From: Candidatus Saccharimonadales bacterium
Lineage (GTDB): Bacteria > Chloroflexota > Dormibacteria > Aeolococcales > Aeolococcaceae
Assembly: GCA_035534875.1 (NCBI GenBank)
Contig: DATLRB010000060.1
Coordinates: 90,241-154,240, forward strand
DNA length: 64,000 nt
Direction: 5' to 3'
A program made the position numbers and the translations under genes. How positions within the stretch are numbered: position 1 is the first letter of the stretch; the number at the start of each line of letters is the position of its first letter. This document shows, one piece after another, positions 53,228-62,047 of the stretch. Below the pieces are notes generated by a model that was given only the letters and a program-made list of their open reading frames with translations, ran no database searches and was not told the DNA's origin.

Positions 53228-54064
53228 ATGCCCTGGTTGCCTGAGATCTCCCGAACAAGCGGGGCCGACACCCCACCGCCCCTCGCCTTCTACGACGGAA
53301 TCCGTCAGCTCACACCGAATGCCCTCCTGAAATCGTGGGCAGGTGCGCCGGACCTGGATACACCGTCTGCAGGGCGGATCTCCTCGGCCGCGAATTTCAT
53401 TCTCTGGGTGGATCAGACCCGCACCTGGCTCGCGGACTCCGCGGCGGTTGTACGGCCGGTGTATCTCAGCGTGGAGCCGGGTGGCCGGTCGTTCGAGGAG
53501 GTGGCGATCGACCTCACACTGGACGGCGAGCGCGTCGAGTGTCCCGTTGCGATCGTCACAGACCGAGCGCCGGACAAGCGGATCCGGGCCATTCGCGTGT
53601 ACCACAGCATGTGGCCGCTCACCCACGGTCACGAGATCCGCGGACCGTTGCTCCCCAGCGCACCGGACCTCGCCGTGCCCGATGTTGTCGGCGAGTATCA
53701 GCGCGCTCTCGCGGCCGCGGACCTGGAGGGCGTGGTCGCGTTGTACGAGGAGACGGCGTACATGCGCGAGCCGGCTGGGGGTGAGTATGTCTACGAGGGG
53801 CGAGACGCGATTCGGCACATCTACTCGCTGGCGTTCGCGGACGGGGCGGGCATTTCGCTCGAGCACTGTTCCCTAACGGACGACGGGGTGGCGGTCGCGC
53901 TCGAATACAACTGCGGGCTGTGGGGAAGAACGCCGATTCCACTCCAGGCCGGCGTGGCCGTGTACCAGCGAGGAGCAACCGGGCGCCTCGCAGCAGCGCG
54001 CATCTACGACGACGTGGCACCTCCGGACATCAGCGACAGCTCCCGGACCCAACTGGTGGAGTGA
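53228..54064 (+). CDS. NTF2-like (SnoaL-type) domain protein
   Basis: The C-terminal half VVGEYQRALAAADLEGVVALYEE.AYMREP.G..Y.GRDAIR.IY resembles SnoaL/NTF2-like folds. The N-terminal half may be a second, degenerate copy. Confidence 0.6.
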   Translation: MPWLPEISRTSGADTPPPLAFYDGIRQLTPNALLKSWAGAPDLDTPSAGRISSAANFILWVDQTRTWLADSAAVVRPVYLSVEPGGRSFEEVAIDLTLDGERVECPVAIVTDRAPDKRIRAIRVYHSMWPLTHGHEIRGPLLPSAPDLAVPDVVGEYQRALAAADLEGVVALYEETAYMREPAGGEYVYEGRDAIRHIYSLAFADGAGISLEHCSLTDDGVAVALEYNCGLWGRTPIPLQAGVAVYQRGATGRLAAARIYDDVAPPDISDSSRTQLVE

Positions 54065-54124
54065 CCGGCGACCCGGATCCTCGAGCGTATCAATGACGAG
54101 CACGGGCACGCCGGTGGCTACGCC

Positions 54125-55384
54125 GTGGTCCTATGCTGGGCCGCCGTGGCCGAGCAGCGCGACCTCGACGTGGTCATCTTCGGCGCCACCGGATTCGTCG
54201 GCCGGCTCGTGGCCGGCTACCTCGCCGTCAAGGCACCGGACGGCGTGCGCGTCGGGCTCGCCGGCCGGTCGCAGCAGCGGCTGGCCGCGGTCCGTGCGGG
54301 TCTCGGCGCGCGGGCCGCGTCATGGCCGCTCATCGTTGCCGAAGCCGGCGATCCCGCGTCGCTCGGCGAGCTTGCGGCACGCACCCGGGTGGTGGCGACG
54401 ACCGTTGGCCCGTACCGCATGCTGGGACTACCGCTTGTGGCGGCCTGCGTCGAGGCAGGCACCCATTACGCCGACCTCACCGGCGAGGTCGCATTCATGC
54501 GTGACACCATCGACACGCGCCACGACAGCGCGGCACGGCGCGGTGTGCGCATCGTCCACGCGTGCGGGTTCGACTCGATCCCGTCCGACCTCGGCGTCCT
54601 GTTGCTCCATGAAGCCGCACACACCGACCGTACCGGCGACCTCGAGGACACCACCCTCGTGGTGTCTTCTCTCAAGGGAAGCCTGAGCGGCGGGACCATC
54701 GACTCCATGAAGGTGCAGCTCCAGGAGGCTCGGGCCGATCCTCGCATCCGTCGCCTCGTTGGTGACCCCTATGCGTTGAGCCCCGACCGTGCCGAGGAGC
54801 CCTCGCTCGGGGACGAGCGCGACCTGATGACGGTCCACCACGACGGGGATCTGGGAATGTGGGTGGGTCCATTTCTCCTTGCCGGCTCGAACACGCGCGT
54901 GGTGCGTCGCAGCAACGCGCTGCAGGGATGGGCCTACGGACGGCGATTCCGGTACCGCGAGGTGACCGGCTACGGCACCGGACTCCTCGCGCCGGTCAGG
55001 GGAGCAGCGATGGCCACCGGGGTGATCGGCCTGGCCGCGGGCCTCAGCTTCGGCCCGTCACGGGCGCTCCTGGGGCGCATGCTGCCGGCCCCCGGAGAGG
55101 GCCCGAGCGAGAAGGCTCGCCAGGCGGGATTTTTCCGGATCGACATCCACGCCAGGACATCGAGCGGGACTCGATACGCCGGCCGCATCGCAGCCCGTGG
55201 TGACCCCGGGTACGCCGCGACGTCGCTGATGCTGGGCGAGTCGGCGCTCTGCCTGGCGCTCGACGAGGAGCGGCTCCCTGCGCGCGCCGGCGTCCTCACC
55301 CCGGCGACTGCGATGGGCATGCGGTTGGTCGAGCGGCTGCGGGCGGCGGGGATGACGTTGCGCGCGCAGCGCGCCGGCGCTTGA
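54125..55384 (+). CDS. saccharopine dehydrogenase NADP-binding domain protein (trans-acting enoyl-reductase-like)
   Basis: The DLDVVIFGATGFVGRLVAGYLA Rossmann motif and ..VATTVGPY...G.PLV.AC...GTHY.DLTGE.. are present. The start is GTG 54125 or GTG 54146. Confidence 0.8.
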   Translation: MVLCWAAVAEQRDLDVVIFGATGFVGRLVAGYLAVKAPDGVRVGLAGRSQQRLAAVRAGLGARAASWPLIVAEAGDPASLGELAARTRVVATTVGPYRMLGLPLVAACVEAGTHYADLTGEVAFMRDTIDTRHDSAARRGVRIVHACGFDSIPSDLGVLLLHEAAHTDRTGDLEDTTLVVSSLKGSLSGGTIDSMKVQLQEARADPRIRRLVGDPYALSPDRAEEPSLGDERDLMTVHHDGDLGMWVGPFLLAGSNTRVVRRSNALQGWAYGRRFRYREVTGYGTGLLAPVRGAAMATGVIGLAAGLSFGPSRALLGRMLPAPGEGPSEKARQAGFFRIDIHARTSSGTRYAGRIAARGDPGYAATSLMLGESALCLALDEERLPARAGVLTPATAMGMRLVERLRAAGMTLRAQRAGA

Positions 55385-55415
55385 GACCTGCGTCTTCGGG
55401 ACCGGCGGATTCGCC

Positions 55416-58070
55416 TCAGCGGGCGCCGGACGCCGCCCCGACCGGGAGCGCAACCGCCGGCACCGCGATGTTGTGTTCGAGCAGGCGTCGCATCGCCAGC
55501 GGCGCCAAGGGTTGTCCGAAGAGGTAGCCCTGGGCCAGCTCGCAGCCCAGGTCGTGGAGCTCGTTGAGGCACTCCTCGGTCTCGACGCCCTCGGCGATGA
55601 CGCTGAGACCGAGACCGACTCCGAAGTTGAACACGGAGTGCGCGAACCCGATCGACGTCGTGGGGCCGCAGAGCGAGGCGGTGAACGACCTGTCGATCTT
55701 CAGCACGTCGACCGGGAAATCGCGGAGTCTGCTGAGCGACGAGTGGCCGGTTCCGAAGTCGTCGAGCGCGATGCGGACCCCGAGTTCGCGAAGCGAGTTG
55801 AGGCAGCCGATGATGGGTTCGGTGTCGTAGATGATGTCGGCCTCGGTCACCTCGAGGATCAGGCGGCGTGCGTCGAGGCCGGTTTCGCGCAGGACGCTGC
55901 GCACGCTGTCGACGAAGTCGGGCTCGCGCAGCTGGCGCACGGCGACGTTGACGCTCACCGAAACCGGGTCGGCGCCGTCGGCCGAGGGCCAGGCGTGCGC
56001 TTCCTCGCAGGCGCTTCGGAGCACCCAAGCGCCCAACTGCGTGATCAGTCCCGTCTCCTCGACCAGGCTGATGAAGTCGTCGGGGAGCACCGTCCCGCGC
56101 GTGGGATGTCGCCAGCGGAGCAGCGCCTCCGCCGCGACGACCGAGCAGGTCGAGACGCGCACGATCGGCTGGTACACCAGCTCGAACTCGACGGACTCCA
56201 CGGCGTGGTAGAGGTCGGCCTTGAGGCGGTGGCGATGCTGCACCGCGGCGTACATCTCGGGCTCGAACAGCTCCCAGCGGGACTTGCCCGAGCTCTTTGC
56301 CGTATAGAGCGCGAGGTCCGCGTTCTGAAGCAGTTCCTGGCCGTCGCACCCCGTGTCGACCGCCGTCGCGATGCCGATGCTCGCGTGCGTCAGCACCTCC
56401 TCGTTGGCGATGGCGAATGGCTCGCGGAGTGCCTCGATGACACGCTCGGCGATACGGACGGCGGTGGCCGGTCCATCGATGCCGATGAGCAGGACTGCGA
56501 ATTCATCGCCGCCCAACCGGGCGGCGACATCGCCGGGACGGAGGCACTGCCCGATGCGGTCGGCGATGGCGCGGAGGAGCTCATCGCCCGCGGCGTGGCC
56601 AAGACTGTCGTTGACGGTCTTGAAGTCATCGATGTCGATGAACAGCACGCCAACGTGCTGACCCGTCTGCCCCAGGGCCTGGTCGACGCGGGAGCCGAAG
56701 AGCAGGCGGTTCGCCATGCCGGTCAGCGGATCGTGCGACGCCTCATGCCGCAGCTGTTCCTGGAGCACGGTGAGCTGCGAGAGCGAGTGCTGCAGCCGTC
56801 CACGTTCGAGGATGACGCCGGTCTGATTGGCGAGCATCTCGAGCAGGCGCAGATCCTCGTCGTCGAACCCCGTGACCTCGCCGAGGCGGTTCGCGATGAG
56901 CATGGTTCCGACCATGTTGTTCTCGCCACGCAGCACCACGGCCATGGCGTCGCGGAGCCCGCGCCGCTCGAGGAATCCACCCGGGTCGCCATCGGTCTTG
57001 CCGTGCGTACTGAGGAGCAGTGGCGAGTCGAGCAGGAGCCTGCTCATGAACTGCAGTTCCGTGTCATCGAGGATGACCGGCGTCATGAACTCTGTCGTCT
57101 GCTCCTTGTCGACCGAGGTCCGCACCACGGCATCGCGTTCGCGCGTGGGGAGGAAGGTGATCTCCGCACGCTCTGCGCGGAAGACCTCGCACGATTTGGT
57201 GAGCAGTGCGGCAACCGCGTCGTCGACAGCCGCGTTCCGCTGCAACTCCTTGCTCGACTGGTAGAGGAAGTCGACCTGGTCGCGCTTCTCGCGCTCGGCG
57301 ACGTAGAACCGATAGGCGACGAAGACGCCGATGGTCGGGACCGCGAGCAGCCAGATCTCTGACGGGTTCTCCCAGACGATGCGAACGCCGATCAGCGCGA
57401 GGCACGTGTTGACGATCGTTGCCGCCTGCGCGAACCCGAATGTGGCGGCGATCCCTGCCTGGTCGACCCGCCCCTCGGAGAACGAGATCGCGGCGAGGAT
57501 CACCAATGACTGGACCACCCCGCCGGCGAGAATCGCCAACAGCACGCCGAGGAAGCTCGTCGCGCTCAACGGGTCGTGATGGTCGACCAGGTGCATGAAC
57601 AGCACCGCGACGACGCTGTTGGCGACGGTGAAATTGGCGAGGTTGAATGCCAGCTTCAGCGGTGATTGGCGGCGATGTACCGACAGCGCCAGCGCGGTGC
57701 CGGCGACCATCGCGAGCACGACGACCAGCGGCGGCGCAAAGAAGAAGCCCGCGACGAGGGGCAGTTCACTGAGCGAGAACGAGTGGGCATCGCGGCGGAA
57801 CTGGATGTGGACGACGAACACCTCCGCCGCGCAGAAGAGCGCGATGAGCGCCCACCAGGGAATCTGACGTGGCGCCGGCAGCACACGGAGCGGGGCCACG
57901 ATCTCGACGAGGAAGAATACCGCGGTGGCCACGAGCACGACGGTCAGGAGGTGGACTCGGTGTCCCCTCCGGCTCGAAGTGGTGTGCCCCGTCTCGCCTG
58001 CAGACGCGGGGTCCTTGACCTCGCTCGTCATTCCCCCATGCTCTGTGACATCCGGGTGAACGGAGCTCAC
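55416..58070 (-). CDS. membrane-anchored GAF-GGDEF-EAL c-di-GMP signalling protein
   Basis: About 8 N-terminal TM helices are followed by a GAF-like region. The GGDEF domain reads RPGDVAARLGGDEF (RxxD I-site 5 residues before GGDEF). The EAL domain carries EALLRW, ILEVTE, DDFGTGHSSL and KIDRSF. The start is GTG 58070 or ATG 58031. Confidence 0.9.
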   Translation of the reverse strand: MSSVHPDVTEHGGMTSEVKDPASAGETGHTTSSRRGHRVHLLTVVLVATAVFFLVEIVAPLRVLPAPRQIPWWALIALFCAAEVFVVHIQFRRDAHSFSLSELPLVAGFFFAPPLVVVLAMVAGTALALSVHRRQSPLKLAFNLANFTVANSVVAVLFMHLVDHHDPLSATSFLGVLLAILAGGVVQSLVILAAISFSEGRVDQAGIAATFGFAQAATIVNTCLALIGVRIVWENPSEIWLLAVPTIGVFVAYRFYVAEREKRDQVDFLYQSSKELQRNAAVDDAVAALLTKSCEVFRAERAEITFLPTRERDAVVRTSVDKEQTTEFMTPVILDDTELQFMSRLLLDSPLLLSTHGKTDGDPGGFLERRGLRDAMAVVLRGENNMVGTMLIANRLGEVTGFDDEDLRLLEMLANQTGVILERGRLQHSLSQLTVLQEQLRHEASHDPLTGMANRLLFGSRVDQALGQTGQHVGVLFIDIDDFKTVNDSLGHAAGDELLRAIADRIGQCLRPGDVAARLGGDEFAVLLIGIDGPATAVRIAERVIEALREPFAIANEEVLTHASIGIATAVDTGCDGQELLQNADLALYTAKSSGKSRWELFEPEMYAAVQHRHRLKADLYHAVESVEFELVYQPIVRVSTCSVVAAEALLRWRHPTRGTVLPDDFISLVEETGLITQLGAWVLRSACEEAHAWPSADGADPVSVSVNVAVRQLREPDFVDSVRSVLRETGLDARRLILEVTEADIIYDTEPIIGCLNSLRELGVRIALDDFGTGHSSLSRLRDFPVDVLKIDRSFTASLCGPTTSIGFAHSVFNFGVGLGLSVIAEGVETEECLNELHDLGCELAQGYLFGQPLAPLAMRRLLEHNIAVPAVALPVGAASGAR

Positions 58071-58169
58071 CGTGCCAGCCCTGTTGCCAAGCAGTAGCAG
58101 TGGTATCGGCGCTGCGCCCTTCGACGTGGCGTGGCGATGCCGGGCAGCCGTCGGCCGAAGGTCGCGGAC

Positions 58170-59927
58170 CTAACTCCAGTCGTACTCGGACCAGCTGGAA
58201 CCGGACCATGAGGCGCCGACCCAGGACGCCCCAGACCATGAGGAGCCGGACCACGACCCCCCGGACCAGGACGATCCCGACCACGACGCACCGGACCAGG
58301 ACCCGCCGGACCACGACGAACCGGACCACGACGAGCCCTTGAAATTCCTGCGGTACCAGGTGGCAGCGTCTGCGCCGGCGCCGTCCGAGGCGCCGGTTCC
58401 AGCGGCACTGGCGAAGCTATCGCGTGCACCGTCGCCCACGTTGCCGTTCTGATCGATGAAGTGCTGCGAACCGCGCGTTGCCTCGAGGCCGCCGCTCCCG
58501 TTCGAGTCCGGCCACGTCTGTGCGGCGTTCGGGGTCGTCGCGGTGAGCACTGCCGCCAGGTTCAACTCCCCGCCGCCCGTGAGGTCGGAGGGTCCTTGCA
58601 TGGATTGCGTCTGGCCCGTGAGCAGCGACTTGACCTGGTCGGGCGTCAGCCCGGGTCGCTGGCTGAGCAGGAGAGCCGCCGCGCCAGAGACGACGGCGGC
58701 TGCCTGCGACGTGCCGCTCCCGAGGAAGAAGCGGCTGCTGACGGTTGCGATGGTGCCGAATCGATGGTCGATGAAGGATCCCGGATCCCGCAGGGAGACG
58801 ACGTGCACGCCAGGGGCGGAGAGGTCAGGGTTGCGAGTGCCGTCGCCCTCGCTCGTGAAGCTCGCCGGTTGGTGATCGGTCACGACGGTGGTGCTCTCAG
58901 TGTCGGCCGCACCGACGGCGATCACGTAAGGATCGATTGCCGGGTCGTCAAGCCCGTTGGAGTGATTGCCCTGATTGCCCGCGGCGACGACCACCACGAT
59001 GCCGTGGAGCCACGCCTGCTCGGCCGCGTAGGCGAGGGGATCGAGCACGTAGCTCTGCGAGCTGTTGGTGCCGTATGACAGGTTGAGCACGCGGATGTTC
59101 ATCCCGTTGTCGTGCTGGTGCTGCACGACCCAGTCGATGGCGGTGAGCACCTGCGAGACGTCCGTCCGTCCCAAGGCGTCGGCAACCTTCAGGCTCACGA
59201 TCTGCGCGTCAGGTGCCATGCCGACGAAATGTGTGGTGTCGCTCGAGCTCACCGACGTCACCTGAGTGTCGCGGCCGGCGATGATCCCAGCCATGTGGGT
59301 GCCGTGACCGAAGGTGTCGAGATACTCGAGCGACGGATTCTGTGATTCGAAGGAGAGATCGGGACCGTTGACGACCTTGCCCGCGGTGCTGAGGCCGTCG
59401 ACCGGCACCACACCCGAGTCGATCAGCGCGACGCCCACTCCCTGTCCCGTGTAGCCCGCGTTCCAGTACGCATGGGCCCCGTCCATCTGCTCGATGTTGT
59501 ACATGGAGTTGACGTCGGTGGCGGGGTTGTACGAGCTGCTCGCGGAAGCGTAGGAGCTGCCGAGGAGTTGGACCGGAGCGTTGAGGCTGACCTGGGCGAC
59601 GGCCTGGGAGGTTTCGAGCTCCTGCACGGCTGCGGCGGGAACATCCGCGACGACGGCGTTGATCAGCGCGATCTGCTGCTGGACGTGTCCACCGAGGGCT
59701 GTGATCTGCTGGTCAGCCACGCCACCCTGGCCTGGCTGCGCACGCACGATCACGGAGACGAGGTGTGTGCCGGCGTCGGCCGTGATGGCCAGCCCGCAGG
59801 CGCTGAGCAGAACAACCGTGGCTGCCGCCAGCGCGCTGACCGTGCGGCGCTTGCGATCGTCCCAGCTGATGCCGTGTACAGGAGACATCCCCTGGCAACC
59901 CCCCGATCTCGTGCCGGCTTGCGGCAC
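58170..59927 (-). CDS. S8 (subtilisin-family) serine peptidase, probable lipoprotein, with I9-like propeptide and C-terminal G-x-S-W-S pentapeptide repeat tail
   Basis: The lipobox is VVLLSACG. The triad contexts are VALIDSGV, HGTHMAGIIAG and GTSQAAAVVSGAAALL. The tail is GSSWSGSSWSGGSWSGASWS... Confidence 0.9.
   Translation of the reverse strand: MPQAGTRSGGCQGMSPVHGISWDDRKRRTVSALAAATVVLLSACGLAITADAGTHLVSVIVRAQPGQGGVADQQITALGGHVQQQIALINAVVADVPAAAVQELETSQAVAQVSLNAPVQLLGSSYASASSSYNPATDVNSMYNIEQMDGAHAYWNAGYTGQGVGVALIDSGVVPVDGLSTAGKVVNGPDLSFESQNPSLEYLDTFGHGTHMAGIIAGRDTQVTSVSSSDTTHFVGMAPDAQIVSLKVADALGRTDVSQVLTAIDWVVQHQHDNGMNIRVLNLSYGTNSSQSYVLDPLAYAAEQAWLHGIVVVVAAGNQGNHSNGLDDPAIDPYVIAVGAADTESTTVVTDHQPASFTSEGDGTRNPDLSAPGVHVVSLRDPGSFIDHRFGTIATVSSRFFLGSGTSQAAAVVSGAAALLLSQRPGLTPDQVKSLLTGQTQSMQGPSDLTGGGELNLAAVLTATTPNAAQTWPDSNGSGGLEATRGSQHFIDQNGNVGDGARDSFASAAGTGASDGAGADAATWYRRNFKGSSWSGSSWSGGSWSGASWSGSSWSGGSWSGSSWSGASWVGASWSGSSWSEYDWS
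58173..58337 (-). repeat. 11 x 15-bp in-frame repeat encoding G(S/G/A)SW(S/V) pentapeptides
   Basis: It translates to GSSWS GSSWS GGSWS GASWS GSSWS GGSWS GSSWS GASWV GASWS GSSWS EYDWS, followed by a stop. A Trp falls at every fifth residue. Confidence 0.9.
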
Positions 59928-60129
59928 CGTTCCCCCGCTTCTGATTCGCTGGGTTGAAGGCTACGGGGCGGGTGATCCTCCGGCTCGCGCCACAACTGTT
60001 CTGCGACGCCCTGATGCGATCCCGGCTGCGCAGATCAGACGTCGGCACCCGGAGCGCGCGGGCGCGACCCGGCTACCGCTCGACGGTGTGCTCGACGGTC
60101 GTCGCCGGCCCCGGGGTCGCGGACGATGA

Positions 60130-60564
60130 TCAGCCGCAGATGTAGACGACGGACGCGCCCGTTTCCAAGCCTGCATACCCCTTGGTTGAAGTGGCCAGAA
60201 AGGTCCACGTATCGCCGCAGTTGTTGGTCACGATGGTCACCTTCACGGACTTGCCGGGTGCGAGCGTGCCGCCGGCCGGAGTGGCCGTTGCCTCAGGAGC
60301 GGTGAATTGTGCGGACCAAACCAGACCGGCGCTCGAGCTGCTCGGGTTGCTCAGGGTCACGTGGCAGGTCGCGGTGAAGGTGGTCCCTCCGACGGTGCAG
60401 TCGTCGGGAGGGATGACATCCCCCGAGATCCCAACCGCGAGCGGGCTCGCCACCAATCGCGGGGCCGTTGAAGCGGACACCGTTCCTCCGGTCTCAGCCA
60501 GCACCACGCCCAGCGCCAGGAATGGCAATACCCAAAGGACTCGTCCGGTTTGCTTCCTGACCAT
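60130..60564 (-). CDS. small secreted 4-Cys protein of unknown function
   Basis: ATG 60564 is preceded by GGAGGTG. The signal is MVRKQTGRVLWVLPFLALGVVLAETGG. The mature part is about 115 aa, Thr/Ser/Ala-rich and beta-type, with Cys pairs (DDCTVGGTTFTATC, NNCGD..YICG). The track ORF to 60744 adds implausible sequence. Confidence 0.65.
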   Translation of the reverse strand: MVRKQTGRVLWVLPFLALGVVLAETGGTVSASTAPRLVASPLAVGISGDVIPPDDCTVGGTTFTATCHVTLSNPSSSSAGLVWSAQFTAPEATATPAGGTLAPGKSVKVTIVTNNCGDTWTFLATSTKGYAGLETGASVVYICG

Positions 60565-61322
60565 GATCACACCTCCACTGGCGTGCGCCGGCTCCGAGAT
60601 CTCTGCTCCGATGCCCTCGCGCAGCGCGGCAACTATATTCCCGTCAGGACGACAGCGTCCAAGCAGACAACGCGACCCCGGCAGAGGTTGGAGAGCACAC
60701 GCCAGGCTGGTTGTCGAGTTCGACCGAGCCAGATCGACGGACAAACGTCATGCGTTCGTCTGCGACGGCGACACGGCGGTCGCCGACAACTCAGCTCCGG
60801 CGAGACCACTCAACGGTATATCGCCATCCCCGCACCAGCGGCAACAAGGAGCACGCACTCGTGGGAGCCTTCTGGTGCCGATGAGCACCACGCGTCGTGC
60901 GTTCGCGGCGTTTGCCCGCACCCTGCCCTACAACGCGGGCAGCCATGCTTGAGGGCGCTGCAACTCGATGTTGGGTCGAACGGTTTCTTATCAAGGCCGC
61001 GTGGGTCGCCACACGTTCCGACCGCGACTGGCCTTCTGGAGGTGCTGCGAACAATATGGAGCGCGCGGTATGGACTGGCAACCCACGGTCATCTGGACTC
61101 GCTCCGGGATTCTGCGGGACCGGTCGACAGAGCTCTCGAAACATCTTCACAGTGAACCGCAGACGGCAGTAGGGTCGCGCCTCGACAGCGCAGGCAGCCA
61201 CGCCGCCCCGAGTTCGCGTGACTCCGCTGTTGCTGCAAATGTTACGAGGGCGGGCACAGTCTGACCAAGCCCAAGCCTGATGACAGGCTCGGGTTGTATT
61301 ACCGACCACTCAAGGGGTGCAC

Positions 61323-61478
61323 ATGATCTTTCTCGGTGTCGTGCTGCTGATCATCGGCTTCGTTGCAACGATCCCGATCTTCTGGACTGTCGGGATCATT
61401 CTCCTGATCATCGGGATCGTGCTCGAGCTCATGGGGATGGCCGGGCACGCGGTCGCTGGTCGCCGGCACTACTACTGA
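61323..61478 (+). CDS. 51-aa hydrophobic membrane peptide (resembles small actinobacterial proteins ending ..GRRHYY; DUF6131-like by recollection)
   Basis: It is not in the ORF track because it is under 60 aa. It is my own translation: MIFLGVVLLIIGFVATIPIFWTVGIILLIIGIVLELMGMAGHAVAGRRHYY. AAGGGG lies 7 nt upstream. It displaces the out-of-frame, Arg-rich track ORF 61280..61669. Confidence 0.6.
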   Translation: MIFLGVVLLIIGFVATIPIFWTVGIILLIIGIVLELMGMAGHAVAGRRHYY

Positions 61479-62047
61479 GAGCGACCACCCGGCCCGAAGG
61501 CCGACCGGTCCCTAGGGCGGGCCTGGCGGGGCGCGGCCGCCGGTGTCTCCTTCAAGCGGTCGTCCGCGCCGCAAGGTTCTCGCGGCCGAGCACCAGGACG
61601 CGCGTCAGTCGCAAGGCGTGGATACCCGATCGCACCGACCCGTTTCAGAGGGTTGTCGCGGGAGTGTGACGTGCGCTCCCGGCAACTGCGAAACCACCGC
61701 CGAGCTATGACGGTGTTGGGCCCAAGTCACGCGCGGTCGCTCCCTGGTCACGAATGTTCAAACGCTGAGATACCGTGCACCGCAAAGGGTTTTGGCGGCG
61801 CGATTCTCTGACCAGTCAGATGAAACCGAAATCGAGAGGGGACTCGCACATGCTTCCCGAACGCGCCGCCCCGACCCTGAATCGAGGGGGCTGTCTGCGG
61901 GAGTTCACCCGCTGCTTCGCGCACGTCTCGGCGTTGCGCATCCACGACACGTCGACTGCGCTGCAGGTCGTCTGAGCCGGAAGCAGGGTCATGGAGGGGA
62001 GGGTCGTGCGGCTGTCGACGGCTTTGAGCGGAAGTCGGGTCAGATCC

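Noticed and set aside
54970-57362. Long ORFs 54970..56349 (-) and 55473..57362 (+, 629 aa) overlapping the saccharopine-dehydrogenase-like and GGDEF-EAL genes
   Set aside because: Both are Arg/Asp/Glu/His-rich with no motifs. The opposing frames carry intact Rossmann, GGDEF and EAL signatures.
58173-58337. Short direct DNA repeats (15 bp) and the 273-bp array at 47251-50253 as possible CRISPR or other non-coding repeat arrays
   Set aside because: Both arrays are in frame inside long CDSs with coherent protein repeats. They have no unique spacers and no cas genes.
60130-60564. Assigning the small secreted protein to the Streptomyces subtilisin inhibitor (SSI, I16) family
   Set aside because: Size and Cys count are similar, but I see no match to the SSI sequence pattern or reactive-site context. 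I list it only as a positional hypothesis.
61280-61669. 129-aa plus-strand ORF covering the small-peptide locus
   Set aside because: It is Arg/Asp/His-rich (..RDHSPDHRDRARAHGDGRARGRW..). The overlapping 51-aa frame gives a clean two-helix hydrophobic peptide with an RBS, which I consider the real gene.
61755-61935. Possible c-di-AMP (ydaO-type) riboswitch upstream of the Ig-repeat gene, suggested by fragments GCTGAGA, GGGGAC, CCCGAACGCG and CCCTGAATCGAGGGGG
   Set aside because: The fragments are imperfect and occur in the wrong order relative to the consensus I remember (GCTGAATC .. GGGGACCCA .. GGGGTGAATC .. CCCGAACCCGACAGCT.ACCTCG). I cannot support a call without a covariance-model search.
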